Source: an uncultured archaeon
Lineage (GTDB): Archaea > Nanobdellota > Nanobdellia > Pacearchaeales > GW2011-AR1
Length of the DNA stretch: 64,000 nucleotides
Reading direction: 5' to 3'
Assembly (NCBI GenBank): GCA_963845205.1
Contig: CAWJRC010000002.1
Coordinates: 216,825 to 280,824 of the forward strand
The notes beneath the pieces are model-generated. The model searched no databases. It saw only the letters and a list, made by a program, of their open reading frames with translations, and was not told the DNA's origin. This document shows positions 28,438 through 36,328 of this stretch, piece after piece. Position 1 is the stretch's first letter. Each line of letters opens with the position of its first letter. Position numbers and translations under genes: made by a program.

Positions 28438-29096
28438 TTCTCTCTACCTCCTTTCAATTCTATTAGAATATTTACGTTATATCCAAAAACTTTTTCAAAT
28501 AATTCAAAAAGTTCCTCTTCTTTCATATTAGAAGTAATTTGATTTAGAAATTGGATTAATTTTATATTCCCCTGTTCTTTAAAATGCTCCATAATTGCAC
28601 AGATAATCAAATGACCAACTCCATAATCATATCTTGTATCAATCCCGCCTCTTAATGTTGGTAATTTAAAATTTATTTTATTATTACATTGCTTATTACG
28701 ATGATATTCTGCAATCCCCTCATTAAACAAATGTAGATTAATAAATTTGGAATACCCATAAAATAAATGTGATAATTCATGAACGATTGCACCAAAGATA
28801 TTTTCTTTTTTGTGAAATGTATATTTTTCAATAACAGAGGGTGAAAAGATATTAACCGTAGTATTATATCCAGTCATAGCACTCATCCAATTTTCAAATT
28901 TTTTCCCAGTAAAGAATGAAAATTCTTCAGGTGAATAAATAAAACAGATTCTAATAATCGGCAAATCTCCTTCAAATATATAAAATTTTTTTATTTCCTG
29001 ATATTTTTCTTCAAGTTTTTCAAAATCAAATTCTTCAAGATAATCTTTATCTGCTTCTTCATATCTTATAAGGAATCTTCCTTTTTGGATTATCAT
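28434..29096 (-). CDS. HExxH zinc metallopeptidase (gluzincin / Peptidase_MA-like)
   Basis: AIVHELSHLFYG followed by LFNEGIAEYH (HExxH plus a downstream NEG..E third ligand). 4-nt overlaps on both sides. Confidence 0.65.
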   Translation of the reverse strand: MIIQKGRFLIRYEEADKDYLEEFDFEKLEEKYQEIKKFYIFEGDLPIIRICFIYSPEEFSFFTGKKFENWMSAMTGYNTTVNIFSPSVIEKYTFHKKENIFGAIVHELSHLFYGYSKFINLHLFNEGIAEYHRNKQCNNKINFKLPTLRGGIDTRYDYGVGHLIICAIMEHFKEQGNIKLIQFLNQITSNMKEEELFELFEKVFGYNVNILIELKGGREK

Positions 29097-30382
29097 TCTA
29101 ATAAAAATCCTCCCGCTTTTAAAATTCTTCCGAATGTTTCTGCTTTAAGTTTCAGATTTTCAGGAAAATCATTTAATCTAAAACCTGTAGACTTTATTCC
29201 TTCAACAAAGTCTTTCATTTGTTTGTTAACTAACAAAGTTTTCCCATTATATAATATGTATTTTCCTTCCTCTTCTTTTCTTGTTCCATAGAGATTTACT
29301 CTGTAGCGAATATCTTTATCCATAGAAGGAAGTTTTTTTAATGGTGTTTTTTGTTTTAGTATCTCAACCATCCTTGAGTCTTTTTTATCTATTGATTGTC
29401 CTTCTTGCAATCCTTCATATCTGCATCCCCCACCACAAGAGTTTACTTCAGCACATTCCTTGCATTCTTCAGGAACATATTTATTCTGCCTAAATAAAAC
29501 TAATCTGTCCCAAATGTCACTAAATGGTTCTTTAAACACATTCCCTTCGATGAATGGAGAATGCCCACAGGTTCTTATATCCCCGTTATAAGAAATTTGA
29601 ATTGTCCCTCTACCCGCTCCGCAACTTCTTTTGAATATTTGATCTTGTCTTAAATCTTCGGGCAGAGCACAATAAGGAATTACTTCCAAGGCATTTACTT
29701 TTATTCCAAAATCTTTTTTTAATTTTACTAAATCTCTTAAAACATTTGCCATTTCTTCATTGCTTAACTGATATCCTGAGTCTCTTCTAAATGCAGGTTT
29801 TAATGTTGGAGTTGTTGCAAAAGAATCAATACCAAAAGTTTCAACAAGAAATTTTCCTTGTGAATAGACTGAATCCTTATTGAGTTTATGAACAACCATA
29901 TTAATTGTTGGCTTAAATCCTTCTTGAATAAGAATTTCTAAATTTCCTAAAACTTTTTTTAAATTATCTTTCCCCGTAATTTGCTTAAATTTTTTACTTT
30001 GAAAATATGGCAGGGAAATTAAAAAACCCATATCTGAATTTGCATTTTTTAATTGTAAAATCTTTTCCTTACTTGCTAAGACAAGATTTGTATTCATACT
30101 GCAAGGAGCCTTTTTTTCATATAATCTTCTAGCAATTTCTATTGATGCAGGCATATTCATTAAAGGTTCTCCTCCTGTTATCACTATATCAAATGGTTTT
30201 ATCTTATCAAAAACTATATTCATTAATTCTCTTGCTGTCTCTGAAGACATTTTTTTATTAACTGGATTGTCTTCTCTCCAATAATTATAACAATAGAAAC
30301 ATCTGTGATTACAGTCTTCAGTTACTTCAATCTGAGCATTTAATGGGTATCTCAATCCTGTATTTTTATTGTAATCATCCAT
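29093..30382 (-). CDS. radical SAM enzyme with SPASM-type auxiliary cluster domain and C-terminal PqqD/RRE-like extension
   Basis: CNHRCFYC (CxxxCxxC), GGEPLMN, CGAGRGTIQISYNGDIRTCGHS, CKECAEVNSCGGGCRYEG (SPASM pattern). The last 90 aa or so (YILYNGKTLLVNKQMKDFVEGIKSTGFRLNDF...ILKAGGFL) resemble a peptide-recognition element. Confidence 0.8.
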   Translation of the reverse strand: MDDYNKNTGLRYPLNAQIEVTEDCNHRCFYCYNYWREDNPVNKKMSSETARELMNIVFDKIKPFDIVITGGEPLMNMPASIEIARRLYEKKAPCSMNTNLVLASKEKILQLKNANSDMGFLISLPYFQSKKFKQITGKDNLKKVLGNLEILIQEGFKPTINMVVHKLNKDSVYSQGKFLVETFGIDSFATTPTLKPAFRRDSGYQLSNEEMANVLRDLVKLKKDFGIKVNALEVIPYCALPEDLRQDQIFKRSCGAGRGTIQISYNGDIRTCGHSPFIEGNVFKEPFSDIWDRLVLFRQNKYVPEECKECAEVNSCGGGCRYEGLQEGQSIDKKDSRMVEILKQKTPLKKLPSMDKDIRYRVNLYGTRKEEEGKYILYNGKTLLVNKQMKDFVEGIKSTGFRLNDFPENLKLKAETFGRILKAGGFLLE

Positions 30383-30441
30383 ATGGGGATTATAATTAAT
30401 AACTTTAAAAATTCTTCTGTTGTTGTCACTTCAAAGATACT

Positions 30442-30464
30442 AATGCCCCCGCCGAGATTTGAAC
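30442..30464. repeat. proximal att-like direct repeat inside the tRNA-Glu 3' end
   Basis: Identical to 27291-27313. Covers the T-loop, the 3' T-stem, the 3' acceptor strand, the discriminator and 3 more nt. Confidence 0.85.
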
Positions 30465-30638
30465 TCGGGTTACCACCGTTCTCTAACTGCAGATTTCTCC
30501 GCAGTTCGAAGTCTGTTGACTTCTTCAAAAATGAGAGATTGCATTGAGATGCATAGATCTCTACTCTCATCGAGATTTGATCACCTCTCCATTTCGTTTT
30601 GAGAGGGTGGTGTCCTTGGCCTCTAGACTACAGGGGCA
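30445..30638 (-). tRNA. tRNA-Glu (anticodon CUC) with a 121-nt intron at the canonical 37/38 position (intron 30480-30600)
   Basis: Hand fold: acceptor GCCCCTG/CGGGGGC, D arm GTCT-AGAGGCCAA-GGAC, anticodon stem CCACC/GGTGG, T arm CCGAG-TTCAAAT-CTCGG. A bulge-helix-bulge can be drawn with CUCU/AGAG as the 4-bp helix and CAA and AAC as the bulges. Confidence 0.75.
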
Positions 30639-30675
30639 TTATTTGTACAAATCGTTTTTATTTAAAAGAGTTTGC

Positions 30676-30960
30676 TTATGAAGAATTAGGTACGATATCT
30701 TTTAATCTAAAACTATTATCAAATTTTATTGCATATTCTACTGCTTTAATGTTTACCCCATATTCTGCAAGCTTACAAATTTTGTTGTATATTATCTGGG
30801 CCTGAAATTTTTTTGTTGTGGGGCAATTTTCATTACAGCATTGTGCTTCTAAAAATGCTTGTGTAATCTCTCTTTCTATAAAACGAATAGAAGGATCATC
30901 TAAATATCTTTTTTCTTTAACTTTAATTTTTGTGATTATATTAATTAATTTTTCGGTCAT
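30676..30960 (-). CDS. hypothetical protein between the divergent tRNAs
   Basis: 94-aa ORF, no motif. Confidence 0.4.
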   Translation of the reverse strand: MTEKLINIITKIKVKEKRYLDDPSIRFIEREITQAFLEAQCCNENCPTTKKFQAQIIYNKICKLAEYGVNIKAVEYAIKFDNSFRLKDIVPNSS

Positions 30961-31042
30961 ATTTTTTTAGGGTATATTGGTATATTTAAAACTTCTTATC
31001 AAAAACTTTTAATAGTCTTTTAACAACGACTATTTAATTGAC

Positions 31043-31115
31043 AGCCCCATAGTACAGCGGTCAAGTATATCGCCCTCTGGAGGCGGTGACCCAGGTTCGA
31101 ATCCTGGTGGGGCTA
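31043..31115 (+). tRNA. tRNA-Gln (anticodon CUG)
   Basis: 73-nt hand fold: A1-U72 acceptor AGCCCCA/TGGGGCT (A1-U72 is typical of archaeal tRNA-Gln), anticodon arm TCGCC-CTCTGGA-GGCGG, T arm CCAGG-TTCGAAT-CCTGG. Confidence 0.85.
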
Positions 31116-31117
31116 TA
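31101..31117. repeat. attL core (ATCCTGGTGGGGCTATA) in the tRNA-Gln 3' end
   Basis: 17/17 identity with 55797-55813, direct orientation. Confidence 0.85.
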
Positions 31118-31202
31118 GATTATTCTGTCTCAGTTTGCAGGAACATTTTGGATACTTTTTGAGGTATAAAATAACTTATAGATTCTTTACCAAGAAAAAA
31201 TA

Positions 31203-32426
31203 ATGACTGAAGAAACAAGAAGGTTGCAGAATCCGGAAAAATATTATAAAGCCTTAGAGAAACTGAGAACAGATAAAACTTATTTATTAATTTCCAAAAA
31301 TAAGGAATTGATACTGCAATTTTTGCAGGATGCTGAAATCGGCAGAACAATATTGAAGGGACAGAAAAGAAAAATCAAACCAGGAAGGCTGCAACGCATG
31401 CTTGGACTATTGCTGAAGATGGATAATGAATGGTTCAAGAAACCTTTTAATGAAGTCTCTGAAGAAGATATGAGTCATTTTATTCTTAACCTTGAAAGAG
31501 GGATAATCAAATCTTCAAAAGGAGAACCTTATACAGGAGAGACACAATCAACAATAAAAAAATTTATCAGGAAATATTACAAATACCTGCTTGGAGAAAA
31601 AGAGAATTATCCGAAGCTAGTTCAGTTTATTGATACAAGCACAAGAATGCTTGAGATAAAGAGCCTGAGCAAGCAGGAGAATGATAAGTTGATTGAAAAC
31701 TCTTTTAAATTAATTTACAGATTTATTTTTGCAGTGCTTTATGACAGCGGAGCAAGAATTGAAGAGTTTTACAATATCAAGAAAAGTGATTTGAGCAATG
31801 AAAATGGAATCTACAAAATAAGAATCAGGATATCAAAGACAAATCCAAGAACAATAAACCTGCCACTTTATCCCAAGATAATTGAAGCATACTTAGAATC
31901 CAATAATTTTAAAGAAGATGATTTTTTATGCACAATTAATTATGGAACTTTAAGAAAATACATGAACCGTGTGGGAAAACAATTCCTCGGAAGGACTATT
32001 TCTCCACATACATTCAGACATGGATCTGCAACCTATTATGCAAATTATCTCAACAGGTATCAGCTATCCTATCGATATGGTTGGAGTGCTTCATCAAAGA
32101 TGCCAGATAGATACATAGATATGAATGGACTAATAGATGACGAAACAGTAACAAAGATTGCAGGAGAAAATTTTATCAAGACTGATAATGAAAATAAAGA
32201 ACTGAAAACAAAATTGGATGTAATTAGTTCTACAATGGCAGAATTATTAAAAAAGCAACAGGATATGGAGAGTCAGTTAGAAATAAGAAAATTGGAAGGA
32301 GAAATATTAACAGAGATGAATAATTTGCAAGTTGGGAATTCTGATGCAGCGTTAATTACATTTTTGAAAGAAAGAAAAGATGTAGTTAGCTCTCTTAAAC
32401 AAATTCTGAACTTAATTGAAAAATAG
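31203..32426 (+). CDS. int: tyrosine recombinase / integrase
   Basis: SGARIEEFYNIKKSDL (Arg I), HTFRHGSATYY (HxxR), GWSASSKMPDRYI (Trp/Tyr nucleophile region). Adjacent to attL. Confidence 0.85.
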   Translation: MTEETRRLQNPEKYYKALEKLRTDKTYLLISKNKELILQFLQDAEIGRTILKGQKRKIKPGRLQRMLGLLLKMDNEWFKKPFNEVSEEDMSHFILNLERGIIKSSKGEPYTGETQSTIKKFIRKYYKYLLGEKENYPKLVQFIDTSTRMLEIKSLSKQENDKLIENSFKLIYRFIFAVLYDSGARIEEFYNIKKSDLSNENGIYKIRIRISKTNPRTINLPLYPKIIEAYLESNNFKEDDFLCTINYGTLRKYMNRVGKQFLGRTISPHTFRHGSATYYANYLNRYQLSYRYGWSASSKMPDRYIDMNGLIDDETVTKIAGENFIKTDNENKELKTKLDVISSTMAELLKKQQDMESQLEIRKLEGEILTEMNNLQVGNSDAALITFLKERKDVVSSLKQILNLIEK

Positions 32427-32478
32427 ATACTTTTGACTTGGTAAGTTTCTATATGTTCTTGTATCTTAGAAATAATTA

Positions 32479-32616
32479 ATGGAGACATTTAACTTTCGAT
32501 TAGAGAAAGACATTCGAGATAAGCTGGACTTAATAGCCAGAAAATACCGACGGAGCAGAGCTGATGTTATACGATTAATGATTGAAGAGGAGGCTGTTAA
32601 AGATGAAGAGAAGTGA
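32479..32616 (+). CDS. ribbon-helix-helix (CopG/Arc-like) 45-aa protein
   Basis: Hand translation: METFNFRLEKDIRDKLDLIARKYRRSRADVIRLMIEEEAVKDEEK (beta strand plus two helices). Below the ORF-track cutoff. Confidence 0.55.
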   Translation: METFNFRLEKDIRDKLDLIARKYRRSRADVIRLMIEEEAVKDEEK

Positions 32617-32675
32617 ACTTAATCCGTTGATCCAGCGACTTCTTGATTTAACAAATAAATACTTGGAGATGCAAG

Positions 32676-32858
32676 ATGGAGCAAGAAGAAGCGAAGACAT
32701 ATCTCAAAAAGAAAGTTAGGCTAGTTCTAGATAATACTTATAGATTTACAGGAGAAGTAATAGAAATTACTCCTGATACTTTTTTGATTAATGATAAATT
32801 TGACAAGCAAGTTTCTCTTGCACTAAAGAATATAGTTAGCTGTGAGGTATTAGAATGA
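32676..32858 (+). CDS. hypothetical small protein
   Basis: 60 aa. 4-nt overlap with the downstream P-loop gene. Confidence 0.4.
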   Translation: MEQEEAKTYLKKKVRLVLDNTYRFTGEVIEITPDTFLINDKFDKQVSLALKNIVSCEVLE

Positions 32859-34498
32859 TATTTCCTTTGGACCCAGAAAGAAGTAAAGTCATGAGTGCTT
32901 ATATTTTTGATGAGTCTAAAGTCCTTAAAAAGAAAGTTTTTACTCAATTAAAATTAGATGATAATACTTTTGCCTATGGCATCTTATTGCCGAAAGAAAG
33001 AGAGCTTAAAGATAAAAAAGGAAATGTCGTCGGGAGAGAACAAGTTTGGTCTCCTGTATTAATAGATTCTGACAGAAATATTATAGAAGCAACAAAAGAA
33101 ATTGAATCAACATATAAAATTAAATTTGAATCAATCCCAGAATATTTTCCCCTTAGGTGGTCCCTTGAATCTATTAAAGGATATTTGGAAGGAGATGATA
33201 AAATCCCAGAATTAGAACCTCTAGAACTTTTCAATAAAATCAAAAATAAATATGAAGATAATTGTTTTTTCAAAGAACCAATATGGTATAAAATAAATTC
33301 TCTGTGGGATATTGGGACTTATTTTTTTGAGATATTTGATAATTATCCTATAAAAGAAGAAAGGGGATTACCAGGAACTGGAAAAACTAAAAGTATGAAA
33401 GTAAGTAAAAATATTTCTTTTAATGCTACAGATATAATGATAAATCCTAGTGAAGCAACACTTTTTAGAGAAACAAATGATAAGAGACCAACAAAGTTTA
33501 TAGATGAAGCAGAAAAATTATTTACTTTTAAAAAAGGTCAGATGGAATCGGATAATCGTGTTGAATTAATAAATGGTTCTTATTCTAAAGGATCGACTGT
33601 CCCGAGAATAGAAAAAGTTGGGAATAGATTTATCTGCGTTTACTATCATGTTTATTCTCCTACACGAATTGGCTCAATAAATGGACTCTTTGGAGCAACA
33701 GAATCCAGGACAATCACACAAGTTCATACCAGAAGTTTAGACAATGATCCTCGAGGAGAAAAAGAGCCACAAGACAATGATATTGAATTTAGAATTTTAA
33801 GAGATTATCTTTATCTATTCGGATTAAAATACTGGAAATTAGTTGAAGAATCTTATAGGGATAATTCTTTATATGAAAATCTTAAACTAAAGAAAAGAGA
33901 TTTACAAATTTGGAGACCTCTGCTTGCATTGGCTAAAGTTGCCAGTGATGAATGGTTTGAAGAAGTTGCAACTTTTGCTGAGAAATTGTCATTGCAACGA
34001 AAAGAGGATTTTTTGTCGGAGGAATCATGGGATTATAGAATTTTAGCCATTATCAAGGAAATGATTGAATCAGGAATTGAAATCATCAGACCTAAGATCA
34101 TTAAGGATAGATACGCACAGAAATATGTACAAGAAACAGAAAGGCCACTACATGAGAAAACAATAACTACAAGGTTGGATCATTTGGGGTTCAAAGAATT
34201 AAGACAAACTAAAGATAGGATTGGTGTGTCATATAAAATAAATAAAGAGAATTTTGAAATTATAGCAATTCCTATCTGTCCCGATTTATCATCGAATTCA
34301 TCACAATCATCACAATTCTTTGTTGATAATAAAAATTCTGTGACGAATGAAGAAAAAAATATGATGAATGGTGACAAATATGAAATTGTAAAAATAAATA
34401 GTCATGACGAATTGACGAAAAAAGATGAATATGACGAAAATCCGCAAGTTAATAATATAGAATTGAAAGGAGGTGATAAAAATGGTAATAACTCTTAA
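32855..34498 (+). CDS. P-loop NTPase, replication-helicase-like protein of mobile elements
   Basis: Walker A GLPGTGKTKS and Walker B KFIDEAE. LQIWRPLLALAKVASDEWF resembles the W-x-PLLAIA motif of DUF3631-type helicase-associated domains (from memory). No primase motif recognised. Confidence 0.55.
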   Translation: MIFPLDPERSKVMSAYIFDESKVLKKKVFTQLKLDDNTFAYGILLPKERELKDKKGNVVGREQVWSPVLIDSDRNIIEATKEIESTYKIKFESIPEYFPLRWSLESIKGYLEGDDKIPELEPLELFNKIKNKYEDNCFFKEPIWYKINSLWDIGTYFFEIFDNYPIKEERGLPGTGKTKSMKVSKNISFNATDIMINPSEATLFRETNDKRPTKFIDEAEKLFTFKKGQMESDNRVELINGSYSKGSTVPRIEKVGNRFICVYYHVYSPTRIGSINGLFGATESRTITQVHTRSLDNDPRGEKEPQDNDIEFRILRDYLYLFGLKYWKLVEESYRDNSLYENLKLKKRDLQIWRPLLALAKVASDEWFEEVATFAEKLSLQRKEDFLSEESWDYRILAIIKEMIESGIEIIRPKIIKDRYAQKYVQETERPLHEKTITTRLDHLGFKELRQTKDRIGVSYKINKENFEIIAIPICPDLSSNSSQSSQFFVDNKNSVTNEEKNMMNGDKYEIVKINSHDELTKKDEYDENPQVNNIELKGGDKNGNNS

Positions 34499-34886
34499 GC
34501 CAACAGAAGAACAGATTGCATATGCAATTAATTTGATGGAGGATTTAACCGAAGATAATATAGAAAATAATTCAGAAGAATACCAAAGAATAACTGCTTT
34601 ATCCGATGAGAAGTTGCTTGAAGAATTTCGTTATTGGAGACGTATATACTCTGGTCTTTGTCCAATAAATATTTGGGCATATGAAGGTGTAGTAGCACAC
34701 TTGATTGGTCGAGAAATAAGTAAAAGAGATTTATGGAAACAGGCGGAAGCATTGGCTAATATAAAAAATATATCTTGCAAAGAATGCCCTCTGGCTAGTG
34801 GTCAAGAAGACAGAGAAAATCCCATAGACTGCCACCCCACAGTCGGCTGTATTGCCTGGGTTGATAATGTGCCATTAAAGGAATAA
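34473..34886 (+). CDS. hypothetical protein (Cys-containing C-terminus)
   Basis: 137-aa ORF overlapping the end of the P-loop gene; CKECP...CHPTVGC. Confidence 0.4.
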   Translation: MIKMVITLKPTEEQIAYAINLMEDLTEDNIENNSEEYQRITALSDEKLLEEFRYWRRIYSGLCPINIWAYEGVVAHLIGREISKRDLWKQAEALANIKNISCKECPLASGQEDRENPIDCHPTVGCIAWVDNVPLKE

Positions 34887-34956
34887 GAGCCAAATTTTAT
34901 TTTTATTTTTTTAAATTTTTTTATATGCAATTAGAATGAGGCAAGGAAGGAAAGAA

Positions 34957-34980
34957 AAAGGTGCCAACGTTGGCACCTTT
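34957..34980. repeat. perfect 24-bp palindrome AAAGGTGCCAACGTTGGCACCTTT
   Basis: Read directly. Lies in the 114-bp gap between two element operons and is GC-rich relative to its surroundings. Confidence 0.8.
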
Positions 34981-35000
34981 AAAGGAAAAACAAGAGAAAA

Positions 35001-35267
35001 ATGCCAAAAAAATTAAATGAAAAAATGCAGGAAGAATTTCTAAACCTATTTGGGAATAAAGACCATTACTATGATATAAGGAGATCCTGCAAGGAAGCAA
35101 AGATCGGTAAATCAACCCTTTACAGATGGATGCAGAATCCGGAATTCAAGAAAGAAATAAAGAATATCAAAACGAGGAGAAGAAAAGATCCTTATTATCA
35201 CTTAAAGAGTTTTCATAACATTAGGGCTATAATGCGAATTCTAAAAATGTCTGGAAGAGGATATTAA
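35001..35267 (+). CDS. HTH DNA-binding protein
   Basis: SCKEAKIGKSTLYRWMQNPEFKKEI, the HTH pattern common in mobile-element regulators and terminase-small-like proteins. Confidence 0.5.
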   Translation: MPKKLNEKMQEEFLNLFGNKDHYYDIRRSCKEAKIGKSTLYRWMQNPEFKKEIKNIKTRRRKDPYYHLKSFHNIRAIMRILKMSGRGY

Positions 35268-35268
35268 A

Positions 35269-35505
35269 ATGTTAACACCATCAGATAGGAAAAATATAGA
35301 AAATTTCGAGAATCTTAAATCAAATCATCAGAGAGTCTTTAAGCACAGGCTCAGGATGAAATGCCTCTCTGCAATAAAAGACATTCGATATGTTCTTTCA
35401 AATTGTATCAAACTTGACATAAAGCCAGACAGGTTTATTGACATAAATGAATTAGTAGACTTGCTTGAGGATTACGATCATGCTTGTTTGTTACAGAATA
35501 TGTAA
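35269..35505 (+). CDS. hypothetical protein
   Basis: 78-aa ORF, 1 nt after the preceding stop. Confidence 0.4.
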   Translation: MLTPSDRKNIENFENLKSNHQRVFKHRLRMKCLSAIKDIRYVLSNCIKLDIKPDRFIDINELVDLLEDYDHACLLQNM

Positions 35506-35590
35506 ATATTTTAAAATTGCATATATAAAATCATAAAAATCCGGGAGACTTTCATTTTTGAATTTGCAAAAAGTGTCCCAATAAAAAATA

Positions 35591-36292
35591 ATGGAAGAAA
35601 CACAAAGTCAAAACACAAAAGTCGAGTCTACAGCACCAAACAGAGATAATACTGATTTTACATTAAAACGAGCAGATCCGTTGCCGGAGATAAATAATTA
35701 TCTTGGAGCAGTATTCAATCTGAGCCAGTTCAGGGTATTTTATCCAACAGGTGCAGAATCAGAAGAATACTGGCAGGAAAGAAACCAACTTGAGGAAATT
35801 AAAACTTATAATGAAATAGTCAATGGACTTGAATTGGATCTGAGAAATTTTGGGATGGAAATAACTTATGCAGCAAGGGCAATCATAAATGATATAGCCT
35901 TGAACATGATGCTCATTCAAAGAATAAAGGCCCAAATGCTTTACAAAAACCCTGTGAGAGACAAAGAAGTATTAAAACCAAGCGAGACTATTTCAAGACA
36001 ACAACAGTATGAGACTAAAAAGAAAAATATCTACACAATTTATGAGAAAGAATATCTGAGAGAGGCTGAAATTCATCCTGCTATCAAATTATTGCACCAG
36101 TTTGAAAAACAAATTCATCAAGGACTTAAAGATTTGGGATTACTTCCTTCCCAGACTATCGAGAGGCAGAAACTGACAATTGTAAAAAAATTAAGGCAGC
36201 AATGCGAAAATGTGTCTGCTGAACTTTCCATCAAAAAAGAAATTATAAGAAATAAAGAAGAGAGAAAAATATCTCAAGAACAAATTAATTGA
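35591..36292 (+). CDS. hypothetical helical protein
   Basis: 233-aa ORF, no motif. Confidence 0.45.
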   Translation: MEETQSQNTKVESTAPNRDNTDFTLKRADPLPEINNYLGAVFNLSQFRVFYPTGAESEEYWQERNQLEEIKTYNEIVNGLELDLRNFGMEITYAARAIINDIALNMMLIQRIKAQMLYKNPVRDKEVLKPSETISRQQQYETKKKNIYTIYEKEYLREAEIHPAIKLLHQFEKQIHQGLKDLGLLPSQTIERQKLTIVKKLRQQCENVSAELSIKKEIIRNKEERKISQEQIN

Positions 36293-36328
36293 ATTTCTCT
36301 AGATTTTTTATGAGGATAATTATTCTTA

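Larger units (their letters stand above)
27291..30464. mobile_element. integrase-less, partly degraded integrated islet in the tRNA-Glu 3' end, carrying the radical-SAM peptide operon
   Basis: Bounded by the 23-bp direct repeats. Contains two truncated genes and a self-contained three-gene operon. Confidence 0.65.

Noticed and set aside
30352-30570. 72-aa minus-strand ORF spanning the rSAM start region and the tRNA
   Set aside because: It covers the 3' exon and most of the intron of tRNA-Glu. The RNA-gene interpretation explains the sequence better.
30480-30600. Possible box C/D sRNA inside the tRNA-Glu intron (GUGAUCA and CGAUGAG resemble C/C' boxes)
   Set aside because: No CUGA D/D' boxes are at the right spacing, and the two C-like boxes are only 6 nt or so apart. 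I kept it only as something to check in the intron finding.
32603-32719. 38-codon ORF overlapping the end of the RHH gene and the start of the 60-aa ORF
   Set aside because: It is short, overlaps two better-supported frames, and has no recognisable motif.
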